A DNA stretch of 64,000 nucleotides from Candidatus Binatia bacterium (GTDB lineage: Bacteria > Eisenbacteria > RBG-16-71-46 > SZUA-252). Every line of letters begins with the position of its first letter. Positions within the stretch are counted from its first letter, which is position 1. Below are positions 43,155-52,198 of this stretch, piece after piece. The stretch is from positions 1,234-65,233 of the forward strand of contig DASQJL010000096.1 in NCBI GenBank assembly GCA_035631035.1, read 5' to 3'. The position numbers and the translations under genes are program-made. The notes beneath the pieces are model-generated. The model searched no databases, had not been told where the DNA came from, and saw nothing but the letters and a program-made list of their open reading frames with translations.

Positions 43155-44143
43155 GCGACCGACCCAAGATCGTGCTCGGCACCTCGGGATGGTCCTTCAA
43201 GGACTGGGTGGGGCCCTTCTATCCGCCCGGCACGAATCGGGCGCACATGCTGGACTACTACGCGGGCGAGTTCCAGGCGGTCGAGGTGAACTCCACCTAT
43301 TACCGGATTCCGCACTGGCGCACGTTCGAGGCGATCGCGAAGAAGACGCCTCCCGGGTTCGAGATCGTCGTGAAGACGCACCACGACATGACGCACCTGC
43401 GCTCCCGCGAGCCCGATCTCTACCGGGACTTCGAGCGCTCCATCCAGCCGCTGCTCGAGGCGGGGAAGCTCACGGGGATCCTCGCGCAATTCCCCTACGC
43501 GTTCCGGCGCACGCGTGAAAACGAGGAGTTTCTTCACGCCCTGCCCGACCTCCTCGGCCGATGGGTACCGCTCTTCGTGGAGTTCCGCCACCGGTCCTGG
43601 GTGGACGACGCCGTCTTTCAGGATCTCCAGAAGGAGGGCCTTGGCTACGTCAGCGTGGACGAGCCGGACCTTCCGGGCCTGGTCCCGCCGATCGCGCGCC
43701 GCACGGGGCCGATCGGGTACGTCCGCTTTCATGGCCGGAACAAGGAGAAGTGGTGGGGGGCCGAGTCGCGCGATCGAGGGGCGCCCGACGGGCCGGGAGT
43801 GAAGCGGGATGCCGCGAAGAGCGCAACGCCCGATGACAGGGGCAAGGCCCGCACGCGAGTCCGCGCCGGTGCGGACTTGGGCCCGCTCTTCAGCGGCACT
43901 CCCGACCATCCCGCCGAGGCGCCACCCTTGCCGGCTCCGCCCGCCTCCGAGCCGCGCACGTCCAGCACGCGCTACGACTGGTCCTACACCGAAGAGGAGC
44001 TGCGCGAGTGGATGGACAAGATCCGTGAGATGACGCAGCAGGCCAAGAAGACGTTCGTCTTCTTCAACAACTGCCACGTGGGGCAGGCGGCGACCAGCGC
44101 CAAGCTGATGCGGAAGCTGCTCGAGGGGGAGGGGATGCTGTGA
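43151..44143 (+). CDS. DUF72 (YecE-like) family protein with low-complexity insertion
   Basis: ATGA overlap with the dinB stop. Conserved DUF72 N-terminal motif (LGTSGWSFKDWVGPFYPPG...YY...EVNSTYY) and a C-terminal FVFFNNCHVGQA. A Pro/Ala/Arg-rich insertion of about 70 aa is present. Confidence 0.85.
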   Translation: MSDRPKIVLGTSGWSFKDWVGPFYPPGTNRAHMLDYYAGEFQAVEVNSTYYRIPHWRTFEAIAKKTPPGFEIVVKTHHDMTHLRSREPDLYRDFERSIQPLLEAGKLTGILAQFPYAFRRTRENEEFLHALPDLLGRWVPLFVEFRHRSWVDDAVFQDLQKEGLGYVSVDEPDLPGLVPPIARRTGPIGYVRFHGRNKEKWWGAESRDRGAPDGPGVKRDAAKSATPDDRGKARTRVRAGADLGPLFSGTPDHPAEAPPLPAPPASEPRTSSTRYDWSYTEEELREWMDKIREMTQQAKKTFVFFNNCHVGQAATSAKLMRKLLEGEGML

Positions 44144-44168
44144 GCCGGGGCGCGAGCGGAGCGGGGAC

Positions 44169-46676
44169 ATGACGGGCGGGGGTGTCGCGGGGGGAAGCGA
44201 TTTCGTCCACGGGCCGGGACTCTTCGACGCCGAGCGCGGCGAGCGCGGGCCGCGTTCCGGCGCTCCCGAGACCCTGGACGAGTACGAGGCGCTCCTGCAG
44301 GCGCTCACCTCGCGGGACCGTCGATTTGTCCACGGTCCCTACGGGCTCCGCCGCCGTCCGAACGAGCTGGTGCACCTGGAGCGCCTCCCGGCCCGGCCCG
44401 CCGTGTACGGCGACCTCGCCGAGCCTCTGCCGCAAGCGCTCCAGGGCGTGCTACGCGAGGCGGGCATCGAACGCCTCTACACCCACCAGGCCCAGGCGGT
44501 GGATCTCGCGCGCTCCGGCGCGAACGTCGCCGTCGCAACGGGCACCGCGTCGGGGAAGTCGCTCGCCTATCACCTGCCGATCCTCGAGCGGCTCCTCCTC
44601 CAGCCGGGCGCCACCGCGCTCTACCTGTTTCCGACCAAGGCCCTCGCCCAGGACCAGCTGCGCGGCCTCCTGCGCTTCGCCGCGGCGTCTCCAGCGCTCG
44701 GGCGCGCGCTCGCGACCGGCACCTACGACGGAGACACTCCCGGCGAGTCGCGCCGCAAGCTCCGCGAGCGCGCCAACGCGATCCTCACGAACCCCGACAT
44801 GCTCCACCAGGGGATCCTCCCGTACCACTCCCGATGGAGCCGGATCTTCTCCAACCTGCGCTACGTCGTGGTGGACGAGATGCATACCTATCGCGGCGTG
44901 TTCGGGTCCCACGTCGCCAACGTGCTCCGACGGCTGAAGCGGATCGCGCGCCACTACGGCGCCGATCCCCGCTTTCTTCTGAGCTCCGCCACCATTCGAA
45001 ATCCGCGCGAGCTGGCGGAGTCGCTGGTCGGGGAGCCGGTCCGTGTCGTGGACGAGGATGGCGCGCCCCGCGGACCCAAGCTCTTCGCGTTCTGGAATCC
45101 CAGACATGCCGGTCCCGAGCAGGCGGGCGCGCGAACCTCCACGTCGATCGAAGCCGAGCGCATCCTGGTCTCGCTCATCCGGCGGCAGGTCGCCTCGATC
45201 GCGTTCACGCGGTCGCGCGTCTCCGCCGAGCTGATCTACCGCTACGCGCGCGAGCAGCTGGAGGAGCGGGGGCGCCGCCGCGCCGAGAAGGCCGAGGGCG
45301 GGGCGGTCCCGCTCGCCGACCGGCTGAGTCCCTACCGCGGCGGCTACCTTCCCGAGGAACGGCGCGCCATCGAGCGCCGCCTCTTCGACGGGGACCTCCT
45401 CGGCGTCATCTCGACGAACGCGCTCGAGCTGGGGATCGATGTCGGGTCGCTGGACGCGGCCGTGCTCGTCGGCTTCCCCAACACCATCGCGAGCACCTGG
45501 CAGCAGGCGGGGCGCGCGGGCCGCTCGCAGGCGCCGTCGCTCGCGATCGTCGTCGCCTACGACGATCCGATCGATCAGTACCTGATGCGCCACCCCGAGT
45601 ACTTCTTCGCGCAATCGCCGGAGAGCGCCGTCGTGGATCCTTCCAACCCCTACGTGCTCGCGTCGCACCTCGCCTGCGCCGCGCACGAGCTGCCGCTCTC
45701 GCGCGCCGACGAGGTCTGGTTCGGGCCGAGGGCCGAGGCGCTCGGGCGCCTGCTGGAAGAGGAAGGCACCGTCAAGTCGCTCGACGGCCTCCGTTACTGG
45801 TCTTCGTCCGAATATCCGGCGGGGCGGGTCAACCTGCGCACCATCTCCGACGACACCTACACCATCCTCGAGCGGAAGCCCGGCGCTCCGGAAGCGGAGG
45901 CGAGGACCCTGGCCACGGTGGACGCGATCAGCGCGCCGGAGCTGATCTACCCCGAGGCGATCTATCTGCACGAGGGAGACACCTGGTTCGTGCGCGAGCT
46001 GGACCTGCAGCAGAAGGTCGCCTACGTCGAGCGGCAGGAGGTGGACTACTACACGCAGCCGGTGCTGGACACGCGGCTGCGGCTGACCGAGACCCGCGAA
46101 ACGAAGCGCTGCGGCGAGTGCGAGGTGGGCCTGGGGACAGCGAACGTCTCCTGGGCCACCGTCGCCTTCAAGAAGATCCGCTTTCGGAGTCTCGATGCCA
46201 TCGGCTATCACCCGCTCGATCTCCCCCGCCTGAACCTGGACACGGTGGCGCTCTGGATCCGCCCCGACGAGTCGGCGCGCGCGGCGGTGCGCGTGAAGGG
46301 GATGAATCCCGCCGAGGGGATGTCGGGACTCCGCAATCTGCTCGTCACGCTGCTTCCGCTTCACGCCATGTGCGACCGGCCGGACCTGGGAGGCGTCCTC
46401 GACAGCGCGAACCTCGGCGAGCAGGCGATCTTCCTCTACGACCGCTACCCGGGCGGGCTGGGCTACGCGGAGCGCGGCTACGCCATCGTGGACGACCTCC
46501 TGCGCGCGACGCTCCGCATGATCGAGGACTGCCCCTGCGAGATCGGGTGTCCCTCGTGCGTCGGCCTCCCGGTCCTCCGCCCCGCGCAGCAGCAGGACTA
46601 CGACCTGCACGGCGGCTGGCCCATCCCGAACAAGGCCGCCACGGAGGCGCTGCTCCGGCGCCTTCTCGGGGCCTGA
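44169..46676 (+). CDS. DEAD/DEAH-box helicase with C-terminal DUF1998 zinc-binding domain (MrfA/YprA-like)
   Basis: Walker A TGTASGKS, DEAH-like VVVDEMH, motif VI QQAGRAGR, and the C-terminal CxxC...CEIGCPSC cluster of DUF1998. Confidence 0.9.
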   Translation: MTGGGVAGGSDFVHGPGLFDAERGERGPRSGAPETLDEYEALLQALTSRDRRFVHGPYGLRRRPNELVHLERLPARPAVYGDLAEPLPQALQGVLREAGIERLYTHQAQAVDLARSGANVAVATGTASGKSLAYHLPILERLLLQPGATALYLFPTKALAQDQLRGLLRFAAASPALGRALATGTYDGDTPGESRRKLRERANAILTNPDMLHQGILPYHSRWSRIFSNLRYVVVDEMHTYRGVFGSHVANVLRRLKRIARHYGADPRFLLSSATIRNPRELAESLVGEPVRVVDEDGAPRGPKLFAFWNPRHAGPEQAGARTSTSIEAERILVSLIRRQVASIAFTRSRVSAELIYRYAREQLEERGRRRAEKAEGGAVPLADRLSPYRGGYLPEERRAIERRLFDGDLLGVISTNALELGIDVGSLDAAVLVGFPNTIASTWQQAGRAGRSQAPSLAIVVAYDDPIDQYLMRHPEYFFAQSPESAVVDPSNPYVLASHLACAAHELPLSRADEVWFGPRAEALGRLLEEEGTVKSLDGLRYWSSSEYPAGRVNLRTISDDTYTILERKPGAPEAEARTLATVDAISAPELIYPEAIYLHEGDTWFVRELDLQQKVAYVERQEVDYYTQPVLDTRLRLTETRETKRCGECEVGLGTANVSWATVAFKKIRFRSLDAIGYHPLDLPRLNLDTVALWIRPDESARAAVRVKGMNPAEGMSGLRNLLVTLLPLHAMCDRPDLGGVLDSANLGEQAIFLYDRYPGGLGYAERGYAIVDDLLRATLRMIEDCPCEIGCPSCVGLPVLRPAQQQDYDLHGGWPIPNKAATEALLRRLLGA

Positions 46677-46709
46677 CGCGCGCCGCGCCGCGCGCCGGAG
46701 ACAGGCCCG

Positions 46710-47714
46710 ATGCTCTCCAAGACACTCCGGGACAGGATCGGGGGGCTGCTCCGGCAAGGCGCTCTGGACATTCCGGTCCCGCACGGGAACGGAGATTCGA
46801 ATGGCCATGCGGCCGCGCCCCCGCTGTTCACCCCCGAGCCGCGTCGCCACTTCGTCGCGACGGGGATCGAGGAGATCCTTCCCGGCGGCGTGATCGAGAC
46901 CGCGCAGGGGACCGTCTTCGCGCATGAGCGGCTCTACACCGATCTGGGAGAGCGTCCCGTACCCCTCCTCCGCCGGCTGGCCGAGCTCTGCGCCTACCCC
47001 GGGTGCGCGCCGGAGCGCCATGGAACGGGTCCACACTGGGTCGAGATCCCCGGCGTCGACTGCCCCTATCCCGCGCTCCCGGAACGCGCGCGCGCGCGCC
47101 GGCGCCGGCCGCGGGATCTGGCGGAGGCGACGGGCCTTCACGACCCTCCGGAGCAGGGGATGTTTCGCCGGTTCGGATACCGGCGCGTGCTCTACTTGGA
47201 CATCGAAACGTGCGGGCTCTCGGCGGCGCCGGTGTTCCTGGTCGGGCTCTGCATGGTGGGGGAGCGGAATCTCATCCTGCGCCAGCTCTTCGCGCGGGAC
47301 TACGCCGAGGAGCGGGCGCTCCTGGTGGAGCTCAAGCGCCTGGCCGGGGAGCACGACTTCCTCGTGACCTTCAACGGCAAGGCGTTCGACGTGCCCTTTC
47401 TTCGCGACCGCGCCGTGCATCACCGCCTCGATCCGCCGATCGCGATGCCCCACCTGGACCTGCTCTGGATGGCGCGCCGGCGCTGGAAGGATCTCCTTCC
47501 GGACTGCAAGCTGAAGACGATCGAATGGCGGGTGCTCCGGCGGAGGCGCGCGGGCGACGTGGGAGGATCGGAGATCCCCGGGCTCTACCACGACTACGTG
47601 AAGCGGGGCGAGGCCCACCGGCTGCTTCCGGTGTTCCATCACAACCTGCTCGACGTGGTCGCGATGGTGGAGCTGACGCCGGTCATCTTCGACCCGGATG
47701 TCGGGATCTACTAG
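46710..47714 (+). CDS. RNase-H-like / DnaQ-type 3-5 exonuclease (MrfB/YprB-like)
   Basis: DEDDh-like motifs: YLDIETCGLS (Exo I), TFNGKAFDVPFL (Exo II), HHNLLDVVAM (Exo III). Immediately downstream of the MrfA-like helicase. Confidence 0.8.
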   Translation: MLSKTLRDRIGGLLRQGALDIPVPHGNGDSNGHAAAPPLFTPEPRRHFVATGIEEILPGGVIETAQGTVFAHERLYTDLGERPVPLLRRLAELCAYPGCAPERHGTGPHWVEIPGVDCPYPALPERARARRRRPRDLAEATGLHDPPEQGMFRRFGYRRVLYLDIETCGLSAAPVFLVGLCMVGERNLILRQLFARDYAEERALLVELKRLAGEHDFLVTFNGKAFDVPFLRDRAVHHRLDPPIAMPHLDLLWMARRRWKDLLPDCKLKTIEWRVLRRRRAGDVGGSEIPGLYHDYVKRGEAHRLLPVFHHNLLDVVAMVELTPVIFDPDVGIY

Positions 47715-47769
47715 AGAGCGGCGACGCGAGCGAGTGATCGAGGAGCGGGAGAGGAGCGGGACGGGGTCC

Positions 47770-48342
47770 CTAGGAGGAGCTTCGCGCGCCCCACATCTCG
47801 CGCGTGAGCTCGAAGCGGAGCGAGCCGGGATCGGACGGGGCCTCGTTCGCCCGCACGAAGCCGTTCTTCTCGAGGACCCGCTGGGAAGGGCGCCCCTCCG
47901 GCAGCGTCTCGGCGACGACGCGGCGTACGCGCGGGTCGCTAAAGGCCCACGCCAGCGTGGCCCCCACCGCCTCCGTGGCCAGCCCTCTCCCGTAGTACTC
48001 CTCCACGATGGAGTACCCGATCTCGATCGTCCCGCGGGGGTCGGGCGGTCCCTTGAAGCCGCCCCCTCCGATCAGGAGCGGCCGCCGCTCCGGCGCGCCC
48101 GCCTGGGGCCGCACCAGCCAGGACCAGCCCAGGAACCCGACCGCCTCGGGGTGCTCCTCCAGCCGGCGGCAGAGGAAGTCGCGCCCCTCCTGGTCGTTCT
48201 CCCCGGGGGGCCAGGCCCCGTGGATCTCGGCCCCCAGCAGACGGGCCAGCTCGGCGCGGTCGGCCGCCTCCGCCCGGGCGATGGCCGGGGTGGAGGCGAT
48301 CAGGAAGAGGCGCTCGGTTTGGAGTTGGATCGACTCGGTCAC
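47770..48342 (-). CDS. GNAT family N-acetyltransferase (RimJ/RimL-like)
   Basis: Acetyl-CoA binding motif region RVVAETLPEGRPSQRVLEKNGF. Confidence 0.8.
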   Translation of the reverse strand: MTESIQLQTERLFLIASTPAIARAEAADRAELARLLGAEIHGAWPPGENDQEGRDFLCRRLEEHPEAVGFLGWSWLVRPQAGAPERRPLLIGGGGFKGPPDPRGTIEIGYSIVEEYYGRGLATEAVGATLAWAFSDPRVRRVVAETLPEGRPSQRVLEKNGFVRANEAPSDPGSLRFELTREMWGARSSS

Positions 48343-48453
48343 GACATTATCCTTTCATGCGTACCGAATCTCGGCAACCCAGGAACCACGGCAGGTCCTC
48401 GTTCCATCGAAGTACGATCGCGTCACCCCACAACCCGGAAGGAGTCTTCCCCC

Positions 48454-48990
48454 ATGAAACGCCATCTGCTTGCATTGGGAGTCCTCGCTCTCGCCATGTC
48501 GGCGGCCCCCGCGCTGGCCGACGACGCCGCCACCCCGGCCCAGCCGGACAACGCAGCCCAGATGGCCCAGCCGGCCGCGGCCCAGCACGTGGTCTACGCC
48601 GCCAAGGACCTCAAGTGGATGGATGGCCCCCCGGGTCTCCCCGCGGGCGCCAAGTTCACGGTTCTCGCCGGAAACCCGATGGCGCCGGGGATCTACACGA
48701 TTCGCGCGATGTTCCCCGCCGGCTACAAGATCCCGGCGCACTTCCACGCCGCCGATGAGAACGTCACCGTGATCGCCGGCGAGTTTGGGATCGGCATGGG
48801 CGACGCCCTGGACATGGCGAAGGGCGATGTCATGAGCTCGGGCGGCTTCACGTCGCTTCCGGCCGGCATGCACCACTTCGCCTGGACCAAGAAGGGCGCC
48901 ACGGTCCAGATCCACGGCATGGGGCCGTTCTCGATCACCTACCTGAATCCTTCCGAGGATCCGCGGAACGCCAAGGAAGCCGCCAAGTAA
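48454..48990 (+). CDS. secreted cupin-domain protein
   Basis: GGAAGGAG about 8 nt upstream of the ATG; signal peptide MKRHLLALGVLALAMSAAPALA; cupin His motifs (PAHFHAADE, MHHFAW). Confidence 0.75.
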   Translation: MKRHLLALGVLALAMSAAPALADDAATPAQPDNAAQMAQPAAAQHVVYAAKDLKWMDGPPGLPAGAKFTVLAGNPMAPGIYTIRAMFPAGYKIPAHFHAADENVTVIAGEFGIGMGDALDMAKGDVMSSGGFTSLPAGMHHFAWTKKGATVQIHGMGPFSITYLNPSEDPRNAKEAAK

Positions 48991-49011
48991 CCGTATCCGT
49001 CCGTTGACGCC

Positions 49012-49077
49012 GAAGCGGCGGGGCCGACGTCGTCGAAGGTTCGACTCGACGTCGGGACCCCGCCGTCTTCGTTTCTC
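49012..49077 (+). terminator. Rho-independent terminator after secreted cupin gene
   Basis: Long GC stem GAAGCGGCGGGG...CCCCGCCGTCTTC with a nested palindrome, followed by GTTTCTC. Confidence 0.5.
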
Positions 49078-49455
49078 CCGCTAAACCCTGCCGCTACCTT
49101 GTACCGCCACTGGCCCGTCGATTGCTTTCCGTCCCGCTCGCTCCGTCGCCACGACGCGCCCCTGCTTGCGCGTACGGCACGGCGCGACCCGCCGGAACGG
49201 CGGCATCGCGGCTTGGATTGGGGAAGCGGCTCGCGTCGCAAGGGATCGCGCGCCGCAACCGGGAGGCTCTGCCGAGGGACGGAGGCTCGCGGGATGGGTT
49301 TGCCCTGCCGCCTTGCGCCGAGGGAGTCCGCGCGGGGGCAGCGCGCGGCGAGGGTCCGGTCCCACCTTCCACCAGCCATCACGCCTGGGCCCCGCCGCGA
49401 TCAAATCCGGGATCAGCGGCTCACGCCCGCTTCCGCGGCCTTTGGCCGCGGTGGA

Positions 49456-51525
49456 TCAGTACACGCGCACCGGCAGGATCACCATCGCCAGTCCGTGGAA
49501 CGCGAGACGCCGCTGGAGGGCGACGCAGGTCTGGTTGTGGAGCCAGCGAACGATGCTCCCCTCCTTCTGGAACACGAGCTGGCCGGCGAAGGTGACGCTG
49601 CGCGGGAACTGCTCCTGGACCTGGATGCAGAGCTGCTCCAGCTCGTCCACGATGTCGGTGCCGAGCGCCAGGCGCTGCTCGGCGGGGATGCCCAGCTTCC
49701 GCGCGAACTCGACGTACTTCCGGAGCTCCGCCTCCGTGCTGGCGCGAAGCGCCTCGATCTCCTCGGCGCCCTTGAACTGGCCGGAATCGATGGCGCCGAC
49801 CGAGATGAAGATCACCTGCTTGAACTGCCCTGGGAAGACCCGGAACAGGTTCAGGAGCGTGTGAATCCCCAGCCCGCCGAACGAGGTCACGGTGAGCACC
49901 GCGGTGTTCGCGTTCTTCTTCAGCGGCGCCTGCGTGGGCTCGCTCGCGGGCAGCGGCACGGTCGTGAGCGCCTGGTCCAGCCGGTGCAGGCTCTGGTTCG
50001 TACGGACGTAGTGGCGGCGGATCAGGACGCACCCCATGGCCAGAATCGCCGTGGTGAGCAGCGTGGCCCAGCCGCCCTCGGTGAACTTGAAGTAAACGGT
50101 GCCGCACAGGAGGAGCCCGGTCACCGCGAAGCCCAGCGAGCTGATGAAGAGGGCGCGCTTCCACGACTGCCCCTCGCGCCGGAGATTCAGGGCGTCCCGG
50201 CACATGCCGAGCTGCGCGAGCGAGAAGGTCAGGAAGACGTTGATCGAGTAGAGCACGACCAGCAGGTGGACCGCCCCCTGGGTCGCGGCCAGCACGATCG
50301 CGGCGGAGATGGCCATGAAGAGCACGCCGTTCGAGGTGACCAGCCGCTCGGAGAGGCTGGAGAACCGCGAGGGTACCCACCGGTCGAACGCCATGTAGAC
50401 CAGGACGCGCGGCCCGCCCAGGAAGCCGGTCTGCGCCGCGACGAAGAGGAGCGCGCCCGAGGAGATCAGCGTGATCGCGACCAGCGCATGGCCCAGGCTG
50501 CTCCCCGGCGGGAAGACCTGGCCCGAGATCGCGGCGAAGAGAACCGCATTGAGGGTTCGGCCCGGCACCGGCCGCACCTGGTAGAGCAGGTAGCCGAACA
50601 GGATCCCGCCCGCGATGAGCGCGAGCGAGACCGCCATGTAGCGCATCGTGATCTTCGCGGTCTCGACCTTGGGATCGCGCAGCATCGGCACGCCGTTCGA
50701 GACCGCCTCGATCCCCGTGTACGTGCCGCCGCCCAGGGTGAAGGCGCGGAAGAGGATCATGAGAAGACCCACCCAGCCGATCTGCTGGACCGCCACCGAG
50801 GACTGCTCGTGGAGGTGGTTCCACTCGATCGGCACCTGGTGCGCGCTCGAGACGATCCCCGTCACCAGACCCGCGGCGTGGGTCACGATGAAGAGGAGGA
50901 AGATCGGCGAGATCAGCGACACCGACTCCCGGACGCCGCGCAGGTTCAGGAGCGTGAGCGCGCCGAGGAGCAGGAACGTGAAGGGAAGCTTCACGAACTG
51001 GTACTGGGTGGGGAGCACGCTGAAGAGCTGGTCGCTGCAGCTGGCCAGCGAGATCGCCACGGTGAGCACGTAATCCACGAGGAGCGCGCTTCCGGAGGCG
51101 AGCCCGGCCCCCGGTCCGAGCAGCTTGGTCGCGACCACGTAGCCGCCGCCGCCGGCGGGGAAGCGCTCGATGATCCGCTGGTAGCTGGCCGCGATCACGA
51201 AGACGGTGAACGCGGTGAGCAGCGCCAGGGGGATCGCCAGGAAGACATTCCCCTCCAGCGCGAGCCACGCCGCCTCGGGGCCATACGCCGACGACGAGAG
51301 GCCGTCCGCGCCCAGTCCGACCCAGGCGAGGAAGGCGGCAAGGGAGATCTTGTGGAACAGCGCCGGGTCGGTGAACGCGCGCGCGGGTCCGATGATGGCC
51401 GCGAAGAAGCGCTTGGCGAAACGGATGGGCGCCGGCTCGACGATCGTGCCGACCGGAGGCTCAGGCGGCAGCGCGGGGATCTGGTGTCCCGGGTCCGGTT
51501 CTTCCTGGTGGGGTTGCTCGGGCAT
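49456..51525 (-). CDS. APC-superfamily amino-acid/cation permease with C-terminal cytoplasmic domain
   Basis: 12 TM-like spans in the N-terminal 450 aa with the APC-family glycine-rich TM1/TM6 pattern, then a roughly 200-aa soluble C-terminal domain. Confidence 0.8.
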   Translation of the reverse strand: MPEQPHQEEPDPGHQIPALPPEPPVGTIVEPAPIRFAKRFFAAIIGPARAFTDPALFHKISLAAFLAWVGLGADGLSSSAYGPEAAWLALEGNVFLAIPLALLTAFTVFVIAASYQRIIERFPAGGGGYVVATKLLGPGAGLASGSALLVDYVLTVAISLASCSDQLFSVLPTQYQFVKLPFTFLLLGALTLLNLRGVRESVSLISPIFLLFIVTHAAGLVTGIVSSAHQVPIEWNHLHEQSSVAVQQIGWVGLLMILFRAFTLGGGTYTGIEAVSNGVPMLRDPKVETAKITMRYMAVSLALIAGGILFGYLLYQVRPVPGRTLNAVLFAAISGQVFPPGSSLGHALVAITLISSGALLFVAAQTGFLGGPRVLVYMAFDRWVPSRFSSLSERLVTSNGVLFMAISAAIVLAATQGAVHLLVVLYSINVFLTFSLAQLGMCRDALNLRREGQSWKRALFISSLGFAVTGLLLCGTVYFKFTEGGWATLLTTAILAMGCVLIRRHYVRTNQSLHRLDQALTTVPLPASEPTQAPLKKNANTAVLTVTSFGGLGIHTLLNLFRVFPGQFKQVIFISVGAIDSGQFKGAEEIEALRASTEAELRKYVEFARKLGIPAEQRLALGTDIVDELEQLCIQVQEQFPRSVTFAGQLVFQKEGSIVRWLHNQTCVALQRRLAFHGLAMVILPVRVY

Positions 51526-51555
51526 ATATAAGCGGCGAATCCTACACCCGCCGGG

Positions 51556-51594
51556 CTCATAAAAACACGCCCCGGCGCTACCCGCGTCGGGGCG
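51556..51594 (-). terminator. Rho-independent terminator after cold-shock gene
   Basis: Stem CGCCCCG...CGGGGCG followed (minus strand) by TGTTTTTAT, 24 nt after the csp stop. Confidence 0.6.
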
Positions 51595-51617
51595 TCAGGT
51601 TACAGGGGGCGTTCGGC

Positions 51618-51821
51618 TCAGACCGGAGTCACGTTGGCGGCCTGCTTTCCCTTGGGCCCCTCCACGATCTCGAACTCCACCACCTGCCCCTCGGACAGGG
51701 TCTTGAAGCCCTCACCCTGGATCGCCGAGTAGTGGACGAAGACGTCCTCGCCGCCGGCCTGCTGGATGAATCCGAATCCCTTGGCCTCGTTGAACCACTT
51801 CACCGTTCCCCGCTTGCGCAT
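51618..51821 (-). CDS. cold-shock protein (CspA family)
   Basis: RNP1 KGFGFI and RNP2 VFVHY motifs; 67 aa. Confidence 0.95.
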   Translation of the reverse strand: MRKRGTVKWFNEAKGFGFIQQAGGEDVFVHYSAIQGEGFKTLSEGQVVEFEIVEGPKGKQAANVTPV

Positions 51822-52198
51822 CGAGCGTTCACCTCCCTCCGAGGGACGCGGAAGCGCCCCTTGCGCCGCGCCGAATACGCCAGGAGCCGTCGCGGGGCAC
51901 AGCCGTATCCCCCCGCGACGGCTCCGGACCGTCGGCCAGCCTAGTCGTCTTCGGTGCGTCCTTCGGATTTCGCTTCAGCGTTCGTGCACCGGGTCGTGCT
52001 TTGAATCGTGCCGCGTGCCAGCGCTGAAGCCGGATGACGAGTGCGAGGCAACACTGATGCAGGATTTCAAAGCGTTGTCCTGCCGGGCCGCGCCAAGGGC
52101 CCGGACGCGACGGACCGTAGACCCGCCCTCCGGGGCTGTCAAACCGAAAGTTTCGACTTCGAGCGGACCCACCGGCGCGCGCGTATCGCGATGCGTCT

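Noticed and set aside
43076-44308. 410-aa minus-strand ORF
   Set aside because: Antisense to the DUF72 gene and the dinB 3-prime end, with no motifs.
49038-49050. GGTTCGACTCGAC resembling a tRNA T-loop (GGTTCGA)
   Set aside because: It lies inside the long terminator hairpin after the cupin gene and lacks acceptor or anticodon arms.
49099-51531. 810-aa plus-strand ORF and 615-aa minus-strand ORF (49421..51268)
   Set aside because: Antisense or off-frame to the APC permease gene, whose TM-helix pattern is unambiguous. R/G/E-rich junk composition.
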